The notes below the pieces were generated by a model that was not told where the DNA came from, did not search any database, and was given only the letters and a program-made list of their open reading frames with translations. A program made the translations under genes and the position numbers. From Candidatus Spechtbacteria bacterium SB0662_bin_43 (GTDB taxonomy: Bacteria > Patescibacteriota > Minisyncoccia > Spechtbacterales > 2-12-FULL-38-22): DNA of 64,000 nucleotides. Positions 41,490-50,436 of the stretch are shown here, piece by piece (position 1 is the stretch's first letter; every line of letters begins with the position of its first letter). The stretch is from the NCBI GenBank assembly GCA_009839835.1, contig VXOY01000010.1:4025-68024 (forward strand). The letters are read 5' to 3'.

Positions 41490-42923
41490 ATGTATACACT
41501 CACCCCCATTATTCATCCCCAGATACATAAAACGTTGACCGATAAGGAGAAGATGAGAGAACTTCAAAACGCCTTTGGATCCCCTCTGAATCTGATATAC
41601 CCTCAAATCGTTACTGAAAATCTGAAACAGTTTTATGAAGTTTTTGCGTCTCATAAGATCAAGGGCGAAATTCTCTACGCCTATAAAGCCAATAAGTCAA
41701 CTGCTATTCTCAAAGAATTGAGTGTGACGAATTGCAAAATAGATGTTGCTTCAGAAAAAGAGTTGCAACAAGCGTTGTCAGCAGGTTTTGTTGGCGCTCG
41801 CATAGAAGCGACTGGTCCGAAAAACCGTGCCTTTATGAGGTTAGCACTACAGCATAGTGCAATCATCAATCTCAATAGCCCAAGCGAGCTGGAAACAATG
41901 TTGGAGCTACGCGAAGAATTGAATATTTTGATTCCTACCCCAGTCTTTATGAGGCTCAAAGAGTTCAAGTCAAAACAAACAAACGTTATTCAAAAAGACG
42001 TGAAGTTTGGTTTCAGTATCAACGAAGCAAAGAACGCACTCAAAACTATACATACTCATAAAGACAACCTTGATTTTATAGGTTTCTCGTTCCACCTCAC
42101 GAGCACCAGTGAAAAAGAACGGCTCGTTGCTATTGAACAGTCCTTATATTTAACTCTTGAGGCTATCAAACTGGGCTTAGACCCCAAGGGGATTAATATC
42201 GGTGGTGGCTTTAGTATAAATTACTTGGAGAGTAGTACTGAGTGGAACAACTACGTGTCTGCTATAAAAGCCTCTCTGCTTGACCCAACAAAACCCTCAA
42301 TGAGTTGGAATCAGTCAGGATTAGGACTGTGGGCTGAAAATGGAAAAATAAGAGGCGTAGCTACATTTTCAGACTTTTACAGACCGTACAATCAATTTGA
42401 AGAGCTCAATAAAGTGCTCAGCGCGGAACTGCCCACGTTTGGAACGATAAGTCAATTCTTGCAAGAAAATATGCTACACGTGTTTATTGAACCAGGCAGA
42501 TCAATGCTGGATCAATCTGGTGTCACGTTGGCTAAGGTAGGGTCAATCAACACATCTCTCAAGGATGAAACAGTTATTTTTTTGGATATGAATAGGTCTC
42601 ATATTAGCTCAATTGAACTTGAGTTTATGTCAGACCCACTGATTATTCCCAGTAACGCTAATAAAAAAACAAAAGCAAAAGACGGAGTCTTCTTGAGCGG
42701 AAATCTATGTTTGCCGCATGATTTTATCTGTCGGAGAAAAGTATTCTTTCCTTATTCTCCTCAACCAGGTGACATTTTGGCTTTCATCAATACCGCTGGC
42801 TATTTTATGGACTTTACTGAAAGTGAAACCATCCAACACCCGCACGCGTCAAAACTTGCTATTCATTCATCTGGTTGGTCGCTTGATGAAAAATATGAAC
42901 CATCCTTAATCACTAAAAATTAA
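41490..42923 (+). CDS. PLP-dependent decarboxylase, Orn/DAP/Arg decarboxylase family (alanine-racemase fold)
   Basis: YAYKANKS (PLP-lysine block, cf. YAVKAN) and NIGGGFSI glycine-rich block. Confidence 0.7.
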   Translation: MYTLTPIIHPQIHKTLTDKEKMRELQNAFGSPLNLIYPQIVTENLKQFYEVFASHKIKGEILYAYKANKSTAILKELSVTNCKIDVASEKELQQALSAGFVGARIEATGPKNRAFMRLALQHSAIINLNSPSELETMLELREELNILIPTPVFMRLKEFKSKQTNVIQKDVKFGFSINEAKNALKTIHTHKDNLDFIGFSFHLTSTSEKERLVAIEQSLYLTLEAIKLGLDPKGINIGGGFSINYLESSTEWNNYVSAIKASLLDPTKPSMSWNQSGLGLWAENGKIRGVATFSDFYRPYNQFEELNKVLSAELPTFGTISQFLQENMLHVFIEPGRSMLDQSGVTLAKVGSINTSLKDETVIFLDMNRSHISSIELEFMSDPLIIPSNANKKTKAKDGVFLSGNLCLPHDFICRRKVFFPYSPQPGDILAFINTAGYFMDFTESETIQHPHASKLAIHSSGWSLDEKYEPSLITKN

Positions 42924-42928
42924 GAATT

Positions 42929-44227
42929 ATGGTAGCTCAATCAATAACCGATTTAATTGGAAATACACCACTACTAAAAATATCTAAGAACGTTCATGGA
43001 TTACAAAACATTGAACTATACGCCAAGCTGGAATTGTTTAATCCGTGGGGATCAGTCAAAGACAGAACCGCTTGGGGAATTTTGCAACCCCATTTAGATG
43101 AGCTTGGGACAAAAGATGTTATTGAGCGATCGAGCGGCAATACAGCGAAGGCATTGCAGATGATTGCCTCTATCCATGGGAGTAATTTAAAAACAATAAC
43201 CAACAGGATACGAGTTCAAGAAGCAAAGGATGTTCTCACACTCATAGGAACTCAAATCCAGGAACTCCCAGGCAAGAGTGATTGTTACGACCCTCATGAC
43301 CCGAATGATCCTGTAGCCTACATACAGCAGGAGATTGCTCAAAATAAGGATACGTATCTGTATAGCGACCAATACTTCAATGATTTAAACAGGAAGATAC
43401 ATTACGATACCACTGGAAAAGAGATAGTAGATGACATAGGAGATGTTGACTTCTTTATCGGAGGTCTCGGCACAACTGGCTCAACCCTTGGTACTGCCGA
43501 ACGTATCAAAGAACATAGCCCCGACGTAACAGTTATAGGGATTGTTGCTGAGAAGGATGATTATATCCCTGGTATCAGAAACTACGATGAAATCCTTGAA
43601 GTAGGTTTGTTTAATCCTGATTTTTATAAAGACATTGTTTCCGTTAACTCATCAGATTCTTTAGAAAGCATGATGAAGTTAATAAGGTCTGATGGTCTCT
43701 TGGCAGGCCCAACAACAGGAGCATCTTTGAAAGGATCTATAGATTATTTGCAAGAAATAGACACGACCTTAGATACACCCAAAAAAGCAGTGATTATCGC
43801 CTGCGACAGAGTAGAGTGGTATATCTCTTACATAAAGGACAGAAAACCAGAGTGGTTTGGAGAAGCGCGTGAGGAGCGCTGGGATGACAACGTCAAACAA
43901 TCCGCGTCAGTTGATCTTGATGTTGCGACAATCTCAGACTGGATTAAGAAAAACTCACCCTTAATTGTTGACCTGCGCCAGCCAATTTCTTTCAAGACCG
44001 TTCACATCCCTCATTCACTGAACCTACCATATGATAATTTGGATTTAGTGTTGAATACCACAAATCCTTTTCGCACCAACCAAAAAATTCTTTTTGTCTG
44101 TCCTATTGGAGAAAAATCATCGCGAGTAGCAAATTACCTAAAAACAAAAGATGTTGAGGCGTACAGTTTGCAAGGAGGAATCAACGCCTGGAGAGATCAG
44201 AACTTACCATTAGAACGAGATGTATAG
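42929..44227 (+). CDS. Cysteine-synthase-fold (CysK/CysM/SbnA-like) PLP enzyme fused to a C-terminal rhodanese domain
   Basis: IGNTPLLKI...NPWGSVKDRTAWGIL (PLP-Lys block) ... GIVAE ...; C-terminal rhodanese with catalytic Cys loop FVCPIGEKSSRVA. Confidence 0.7.
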   Translation: MVAQSITDLIGNTPLLKISKNVHGLQNIELYAKLELFNPWGSVKDRTAWGILQPHLDELGTKDVIERSSGNTAKALQMIASIHGSNLKTITNRIRVQEAKDVLTLIGTQIQELPGKSDCYDPHDPNDPVAYIQQEIAQNKDTYLYSDQYFNDLNRKIHYDTTGKEIVDDIGDVDFFIGGLGTTGSTLGTAERIKEHSPDVTVIGIVAEKDDYIPGIRNYDEILEVGLFNPDFYKDIVSVNSSDSLESMMKLIRSDGLLAGPTTGASLKGSIDYLQEIDTTLDTPKKAVIIACDRVEWYISYIKDRKPEWFGEAREERWDDNVKQSASVDLDVATISDWIKKNSPLIVDLRQPISFKTVHIPHSLNLPYDNLDLVLNTTNPFRTNQKILFVCPIGEKSSRVANYLKTKDVEAYSLQGGINAWRDQNLPLERDV

Positions 44228-45443
44228 AGTTATGTTAGACATCAAATCGCAATTCCCATTTTTCACAAACCATCCAGATGTGGTGTACTTGGATAGTGCT
44301 GCTACTACTCAAAAACCAAAAGTTGTTATAGATGCTTTGGCTGATTTTTACACGAACGACAATGCAAATGCCGGTAGGTCATCTTATTCATTAGCAAGCA
44401 AACTCGCAACACAGATTGAACACATCAGGGCAGACGTACAGCGCTTTATCGGCGCTCATGACGCCCAAGAAATACTGTTTACTGCGGGTGCGACTGATTC
44501 ATTGAATAAAGTAGCCTACTCTCTTGGCATGAACTATTTACAAGACAACGATGAAATACTGTATTGTCCGTATGACCACAAATCATTCGTACTCCCTTGG
44601 TTGAATGTACAAAAACTTTTAAAGGATAAAGGCATACATATCAGAATGGTTCCTTTTGAAATGACGAAAATGGGAAGCATTGATCGCGAGGACTTATTTT
44701 CTAAGATTACGGCTAAAACCAAAGTAATCAACGCTACCCATATACACAACATTTACGGGGCTGACAGCGATATTAATCAAATCAAAAAACACATTGGCGA
44801 TAAAGATATAATAATCAATGTGGATGCCTCTCAAAGCGTTGGTCATATACCTGTCAATGTTCAGGAGCTCGGAGCTGATACACTCTCTTTTTCAGGACAC
44901 AAAATGTTCGCTGGGCAAGGGATTGGCGTTTTATACATTAGTCAGCGTCTCCAACAGTTTATTCCTCCTGTATTTGTTGGTGGTGGCAATGGCATAACAA
45001 TAAAAGACAGGAATAAAGAAATCAGCAGCTTTACTCAATCGTACGAAGCCGGCACTCAAAACTACGCGGGAATTATAACATTAGGCAAAGCGATTGAATT
45101 CATAGAAAAGGTAGGTATTGAAAAAATTCACACACACCTTGCTGAATTGACCCAGTATTTAGTTAGTAAACTAAGGAGCATAAAAGGTATAGAGTTTGCG
45201 TATGGTCCATATTATTGGAGATGTAGCGACGGTATGGGTATAGTGTCATTTAAAATTGATAAAATCTCCCCTGAAGAATTAGGGTTTATCCTCGCCGAAA
45301 AAGGTATTTTGGTACGTACTGGCGACCACTGTATTAGCACACACGACGAATTCAACGACACCATTCGCGTAAGTATGCATATTTACAACACAAAAGAAGA
45401 CATTGATAAACTTCAAGATGTGTTAGAAAAAATTGTTGGTTAG
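44220..45443 (+). CDS. Class-V aminotransferase / cysteine desulfurase (SufS/CsdA-like)
   Basis: VYLDSAATTQKP N-terminal block, SFSGHKMFAGQGIGVLY (PLP-Lys), HHC-like TGDHCIS. Confidence 0.75.
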   Translation: MYRVMLDIKSQFPFFTNHPDVVYLDSAATTQKPKVVIDALADFYTNDNANAGRSSYSLASKLATQIEHIRADVQRFIGAHDAQEILFTAGATDSLNKVAYSLGMNYLQDNDEILYCPYDHKSFVLPWLNVQKLLKDKGIHIRMVPFEMTKMGSIDREDLFSKITAKTKVINATHIHNIYGADSDINQIKKHIGDKDIIINVDASQSVGHIPVNVQELGADTLSFSGHKMFAGQGIGVLYISQRLQQFIPPVFVGGGNGITIKDRNKEISSFTQSYEAGTQNYAGIITLGKAIEFIEKVGIEKIHTHLAELTQYLVSKLRSIKGIEFAYGPYYWRCSDGMGIVSFKIDKISPEELGFILAEKGILVRTGDHCISTHDEFNDTIRVSMHIYNTKEDIDKLQDVLEKIVG

Positions 45444-45512
45444 GTATGGACAGATTGTATAGACGTTGTATCAATGTACGAGTGTAAGGTATTGGCTGCA
45501 ATGCTACAAGTA

Positions 45513-45541
45513 TTGACTTTTTGACAAAAGTATGCTATAAT
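45513..45541 (+). promoter_or_regulatory. Near-consensus sigma70 promoter TTGACT-17-TATAAT
   Basis: -35 45513-18, spacer 17 nt, -10 45536-41; ~95-nt leader to GTG start with GGGGAGGG SD-like. Confidence 0.55.
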
Positions 45542-45639
45542 ACACATACAGACGATGAGAGATGGGCAAGATGGTGGATGATTCTTACTCTCTCTCTCTG
45601 TATTAGTCACACTGACTGCATCACGGGGAGGGAAAAACC

Positions 45640-46359
45640 GTGAACTTCATCAAAACAGGCTTTGGGCGAGCCTTGATCGCTCTTTCCGTGGGTCTAACAG
45701 CTCTTGTCGGCGTTGTCGCCATTGCCTCGGCAGATGGCGGACAACACCACCCTTCTGGACCGCCAGACTCGTCCCAGTTCGTCTGGTTGACGCAGGACGA
45801 GTTCGAAGAGGCGTGCGACATGGAAGTTCTCGTCACCGTGCACCAGGACGATGTCTATTGGGCGCAACAGGACTACTTTGTGGGTCCTACTACCCATGTG
45901 GCAGGACGCTGGGAACCTGTGTTCTTCGCAGAAGTCGCTCCTGGGGATGATCTGTGTGCCACCGTCAGCGTTTTCGTGAATATGGAAATCAGCCTCTTGT
46001 CCGACGAGGTTCCTGGAGCACTACTGACTGGCAACGAGACCGACTGGTATAGGGCATGCTCACGTCACAGCGAGTTGTCTATCGGCTTGTCTGTTGGCAT
46101 CGCCTGCTGGGGGTACGAACTTATCTTCTTGGGTCTGTATCACGGAAATTTCCTGCATGCAGCCTACCAGGTTCGTCCGCCTGCATGGCATCGCGATCGC
46201 TCGATTACCACGTACTACGGATTCGAGTACCAAGTGGAGAGCTTCACGTTGAGCTACTTCACTGAATTCGCCCTCAGGCAGAGCGTCATCTCAGGTGTTT
46301 CGGTTCTCATCGTTGACGCACGAGACGCCATCAACGAGAGCAGCGTCACGACAAATTGA
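45640..46359 (+). CDS. GC-rich secreted hypothetical protein (GTG start)
   Basis: Signal-peptide-like LIALSVGLTALVGVVAIASA; ~56% GC; no family. Confidence 0.55.
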   Translation: MNFIKTGFGRALIALSVGLTALVGVVAIASADGGQHHPSGPPDSSQFVWLTQDEFEEACDMEVLVTVHQDDVYWAQQDYFVGPTTHVAGRWEPVFFAEVAPGDDLCATVSVFVNMEISLLSDEVPGALLTGNETDWYRACSRHSELSIGLSVGIACWGYELIFLGLYHGNFLHAAYQVRPPAWHRDRSITTYYGFEYQVESFTLSYFTEFALRQSVISGVSVLIVDARDAINESSVTTN

Positions 46360-46410
46360 TGACTGCCCTCAATCCAGATTCCGTCTGCGACTTCATCCAC
46401 CGCAGATGCA

Positions 46411-46452
46411 AACCCTCTTACTTGCGTTCAGCGAGCAAGAGGGTTTATTGAT
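46411..46452 (+). terminator. Terminator hairpin
   Basis: aaccctctt-acttgcgttcagcgagc-aagagggtt-tattgatttt. Confidence 0.5.
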
Positions 46453-46553
46453 TTTAATGAAGGAGTAGAGATTATTTCTGGTATGGGTCTGCTTGCGGGT
46501 AAAAACTTGTGTTTCCTCACCTGTGCTATTTTAATCAAGAAAATACAGTAGTG

Positions 46554-46625
46554 CTCCCCGGGTAGGATTCGAACCTACAACCCGCTCCTTAACAGGGAGA
46601 CGCTCTACCATTGAGCTACCGGGGA
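46554..46625 (-). tRNA. tRNA-Asn (anticodon GTT)
   Basis: Minus-strand read tccccgg-tagctcaatggtagagc-...cctGTTaagg...-ggttcgaatcctac-ccgggga. Anticodon loop CUGUUAA. No encoded CCA. Confidence 0.85.
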
Positions 46626-46737
46626 ATAGTTGTGTTTTGTATATTTTACGACTTTCTTATTATACCTTCTTTTATCTTTCTGACAATAGATATTCTTTTC
46701 CGGTGCGCATTAAAAGAGTATAGGTTGTGGTGTTTTT

Positions 46738-47259
46738 TTGATAGAGTATGGTACAAACAAGTATATGATAGCGTTATTGGAAAACATACGGAGTATGCAT
46801 AATGTTGGTTCTGTTTTTAGAACCTGTGATGGGGTAGGGGTGAAGAAGGTGTACCTCTGTGGCTATACTCCTGCTCCTGTGCACGAGATATTAGGACACA
46901 AAAGACCTCAAATTGAGAAGGTTGCTTTGGGGAGTACCGATACTGTTGCGTGGGAAAAAGTTTCTGTTGCGTGGCGATTGGTGGAGCGATTGAAGAAGGA
47001 GAAGTACACGATTATGGCTCTGGAACAAAGCAGTGCAGCGGTTTCTCTGGACACAGTGTCTTTGTCCAAGGGTGAGTGGGATACGACCGTGCTTGTTGTT
47101 GGAAATGAGATTGAGGGCGTGAGTAAGCCTGTATTAAAAAGAGCAGATACTATCGTGGATATTCCTATGTTGGGAGCAAAGCGTTCCTTGAATGTTTCTG
47201 TTGCGTTTGGTGTTGCAGTGTACACGTTACTATTTTCAATAAAGAGAGAGGAGGGGTGA
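46738..47259 (+). CDS. SpoU/TrmH-family RNA 2'-O-methyltransferase
   Basis: HNVGSVFRTCDGVGV ... VVGNEIEGVS ... NVSVAFGVAVY SPOUT blocks. Confidence 0.75.
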   Translation: MIEYGTNKYMIALLENIRSMHNVGSVFRTCDGVGVKKVYLCGYTPAPVHEILGHKRPQIEKVALGSTDTVAWEKVSVAWRLVERLKKEKYTIMALEQSSAAVSLDTVSLSKGEWDTTVLVVGNEIEGVSKPVLKRADTIVDIPMLGAKRSLNVSVAFGVAVYTLLFSIKREEG

Positions 47260-47359
47260 TATACGGAGGAGGGGAAGAGGTATCCCTTGATTATAGCGCC
47301 TATTTTGTTATATAATGGGCGTGATGCGCTATGCATCAAGAGACTGAAGGGACAGAACA

Positions 47360-48019
47360 ATGAGCCAGTCTCGTAGTGCTCGTGAGACCAGGTTGCAGCA
47401 CGAGCAGCAACAAGAAGGCATCCAAGGGGAAGATGTGGAGGCGTTAAATCCACTTTCTGTCCTCGGGAGTGTGAAGATCCTTCTGGCTGGTGCTGACACC
47501 ACAATCCAGAAGGATCTGCAGAAGTTTGAGGATTTTGTACACAGAACGCAGGAAACAATCAACGAGAGTCCGTTCGCAAACAACAATCTTGTACGGTTGA
47601 TTGCGTACAAGGTGATTCTGGTCGTGTTGCACAAATACCTTGTCAACCGTTCTTTCATCAAGCCCTACAAAGGGTTTGTGGACTCGGTGTTTCGGGGTAT
47701 TTACACTTTCACGACCGTGTCGCTGGTCTCAAAAGCAACTCCGTCACTGGTTGATAGGCGTGTCCGAGAGTCGTACTACGACATTACCTACAACATCGTT
47801 CGTGTCTTCTTGAAGAAAGAGTACGACCACGACGCTGTTGTCAGTATCGTTGAGGACATTGTTCGTGAATACGAGGCACAGTGCAGCGCGCTTGAGAACG
47901 GCGAAGCGCACGAGCACGATTCCCAGCACCGTTCCACAATCCTTGCCCAGTGTATTGTGAACCGTCTGTTCACAGAATATTGGGAAACACAATTTGATGT
48001 CCGTGTTTTTCCAGGCTGA
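47360..48019 (+). CDS. GC-rich hypothetical protein
   Basis: 219-aa ORF, ~52% GC, GAAGGGA leader; no family. Confidence 0.5.
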   Translation: MSQSRSARETRLQHEQQQEGIQGEDVEALNPLSVLGSVKILLAGADTTIQKDLQKFEDFVHRTQETINESPFANNNLVRLIAYKVILVVLHKYLVNRSFIKPYKGFVDSVFRGIYTFTTVSLVSKATPSLVDRRVRESYYDITYNIVRVFLKKEYDHDAVVSIVEDIVREYEAQCSALENGEAHEHDSQHRSTILAQCIVNRLFTEYWETQFDVRVFPG

Positions 48020-48142
48020 GGTGCGTTGTTGCATTAAGGTACTTTACTTTCAATCACAAGACAGTACGCGTCATCACCTCGAACCCTATGTATAGGACTG
48101 CTCTCAGCACTCGTGGCTGGAGGAGGCATTATGCATCATCCA

Positions 48143-48171
48143 CACCCTATGTATAGGGTGTTTCTTTTTTT
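48143..48171 (+). terminator. Rho-independent terminator
   Basis: caccctat-gt-atagggtg-tttcttttttt. Confidence 0.6.
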
Positions 48172-48221
48172 GCAACATTACAGCCAGTTCTGTACACTTT
48201 TTCTGTTTTTCAATATATGAA

Positions 48222-48323
48222 AGAGAATACGATTTTACTTTTTTATGCCCAGCTTATGTATAAAGACAATTTCATATACAGTGGTGGTAGTTTATGCATA
48301 AAAAAGTAAAATCGTATTCTCTC
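48222..48323. repeat. Family-B long-hairpin intergenic element, copy 1 (27-bp perfect stem)
   Basis: agagaatacgattttacttttttatgc ... cccagcttatgtataaagacaatttcatatacagtggtggtagttta ... gcataaaaaagtaaaatcgtattctct. Confidence 0.65.
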
Positions 48324-48418
48324 TAAAGTGTCGTGTGTTTTATTACAATACTACGTTTTTGGTATAATAGTATGATATACATAGGAAAAGGGGAGAGAAA
48401 TAAGGATAATATTATGAT

Positions 48419-49162
48419 ATGGATCGCGAACGGATAAAAAAACAGGGTATCATTTTTTTGCTTACTATCTGTATTGTGTGCGGTGTTAGTGCGATAGGCA
48501 TTGTGCTCGTACAAACGTTGCAGGTCAGCGAACAGGTTTTGATCGTCCGATACGAAGACACGGAAAGCATACAAGAAGCAGAAAAGCTGGGCGTTGATTT
48601 TCTGGAGGTAGGGGAGTTGATGACTGTACCACTGGGAGATGATCGGTATCGTGTTGGGGCGTTTGTTACAAATCCGAATAAAAATTGGATTGCTCAGTCG
48701 TTTGAATACAATGTTATAGCAGACACTGTTCCTCAACGTCATATTGCAGCAGGGGTGAGTAGTGTTGGTATGGCGCAGGATGTGTTGTTGGTTGCCGATG
48801 TGTTTGTTGATGAGTTTGCTCTTTACGATGTAGCGTTTGTAATACACCAGGTTGATTGGGAACCGCGAGACAATAGTCGTGCTATAGTACGGGTTCGGAA
48901 TCCTATATTTGAGTACGGTAGTCGCAACGGAACGTTTTTCGTTGAGGTTTCAGGCACTCTTGTGAACGACTCTGATTCGTTCGTACACGAAGGCTCTCTC
49001 GGTATCATTGGAACTGATACGAGTGGAGATACAACGTTACTTGGAGAAACGAAGTTTTACTCGTTGCATCCTTCGTCTCAACAACATTTTACGTTGCAAT
49101 ACGAGGCTGATGAGGATGTCGTGGTACACGATATCCGTTTTGTTATCTCTTCATTAGAGTAG
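48419..49162 (+). CDS. Hypothetical membrane-anchored protein
   Basis: N-terminal TM helix IIFLLTICIVCGVSAIGIVLV; no family. Confidence 0.5.
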   Translation: MDRERIKKQGIIFLLTICIVCGVSAIGIVLVQTLQVSEQVLIVRYEDTESIQEAEKLGVDFLEVGELMTVPLGDDRYRVGAFVTNPNKNWIAQSFEYNVIADTVPQRHIAAGVSSVGMAQDVLLVADVFVDEFALYDVAFVIHQVDWEPRDNSRAIVRVRNPIFEYGSRNGTFFVEVSGTLVNDSDSFVHEGSLGIIGTDTSGDTTLLGETKFYSLHPSSQQHFTLQYEADEDVVVHDIRFVISSLE

Positions 49163-50286
49163 TGTGTATGGTTTGGTCGTGGATACTATCTTTGAAAAAT
49201 CACGATTGGGTACTGAATGGCGCGTCTTGTGTTGTGATATGTATTGGGTTGCTGTCGCTTTTTAGTGCTGGGACTGACCAGTTCTATAAACAGATTATTT
49301 GGATTTTTTTGGGAGGCATCTTGTTTCTTATAGTGAGTTCGCTTGATTACCGCATTTTTTCTGCTCATTTCTTTCCTGCACTTGCGTTGTATCTCGTGAG
49401 TGTTTTGGGGATTGTTGCTGTTGATCTTGTTGGCATTACTGTTCGCGGGAGCGAACGGTGGATTGATACAGGACTATTTCTGATAGAACCTGTTGAACCT
49501 CTGAAAATAGCGTTGATTTTGATATTGGCAAAGTATTTCTCGGTGCGGAACAGAGAGGTGCATAAGGCAAGAAACGTCATTGTGCCCGTGATTTACTTCT
49601 TTATCCCTGCGTTTCTGGTTTTTCTACAGCCCGACCTTGGTTCGCTCATCGTTCTATTCGGTATTTGGCTTGGGATGGTTATTGTTGCAGGGACAAAAAT
49701 AAGACACTCTTTCGTCATTGTATTGGGTGGAATATCTTTGTCTGTGATAGCGTGGTTATTTTTTCTGTACGATTACCAAAAAGAGAGAATTATATCGTTT
49801 TTGAATCCCTCGCTTGATCCTCTGGGTTCAAGCTACAATGCGATTCAGTCTGTTATTACTGTTTCGTCTGGTGGTTTATGGGGCAAGGGATTAGGGCAGG
49901 GAACTCAATCTCAGTTAGGTTTTTTGCCTGAAGCAACAACCGATTTTATTTACGCAGCAATCGTGGAAGAAATGGGCATTATTGTTGGGTGTCTTATCAT
50001 TGTTCTGTTCTGTGTTATCGTGTGGAGGCTGTGTCGCATAGCGTTGCGGGCGAGGAGTAATTTTGCGCGCATTGCGGTTTTTGGAGTTGCGCTTCTGATA
50101 GCGATACAGGCTGGTTTCAATATCGGTATGGTTGTCGGAATCCTGCCTATTACTGGACTCACGCTTCCGTTGATGAGCTATGGCGGGAGTAGCATGGTAA
50201 CGATATGCGTTGCGTTGGGAATCGCACAAAGCGTGCATAGAAATTCGTACGTAGAGTACGAAAAAACTGTTATTGCGTTGGAGTAG
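49162..50286 (+). CDS. SEDS-family peptidoglycan glycosyltransferase (FtsW/RodA)
   Basis: 10-TM profile with conserved GLTLPLMSYGGSSMV C-terminal block. Confidence 0.85.
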   Translation: MCMVWSWILSLKNHDWVLNGASCVVICIGLLSLFSAGTDQFYKQIIWIFLGGILFLIVSSLDYRIFSAHFFPALALYLVSVLGIVAVDLVGITVRGSERWIDTGLFLIEPVEPLKIALILILAKYFSVRNREVHKARNVIVPVIYFFIPAFLVFLQPDLGSLIVLFGIWLGMVIVAGTKIRHSFVIVLGGISLSVIAWLFFLYDYQKERIISFLNPSLDPLGSSYNAIQSVITVSSGGLWGKGLGQGTQSQLGFLPEATTDFIYAAIVEEMGIIVGCLIIVLFCVIVWRLCRIALRARSNFARIAVFGVALLIAIQAGFNIGMVVGILPITGLTLPLMSYGGSSMVTICVALGIAQSVHRNSYVEYEKTVIALE

Positions 50287-50436
50287 GTGGTTGCCGCGTC
50301 ATTGAAGCACAGAATCAGATAACAGGGGTATTGACAAAATAGTAAAAGTATATTATAGGAAAGGTGCAGATGCGTCACTGCATTATAAAAGCGCGCAAGA
50401 AACCAGTGAGTCGGGTCAGCAAGAAAGGATACAGCA

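Noticed and set aside
48131-48220. 29-codon ORF MHHPHPMYRVFLFLQHYSQFCTLFLFFNI behind a perfect AGGAGG.
   Set aside because: It is made almost entirely of the terminator hairpin and T-tract of the upstream gene, and the genome otherwise does not use consensus SDs.
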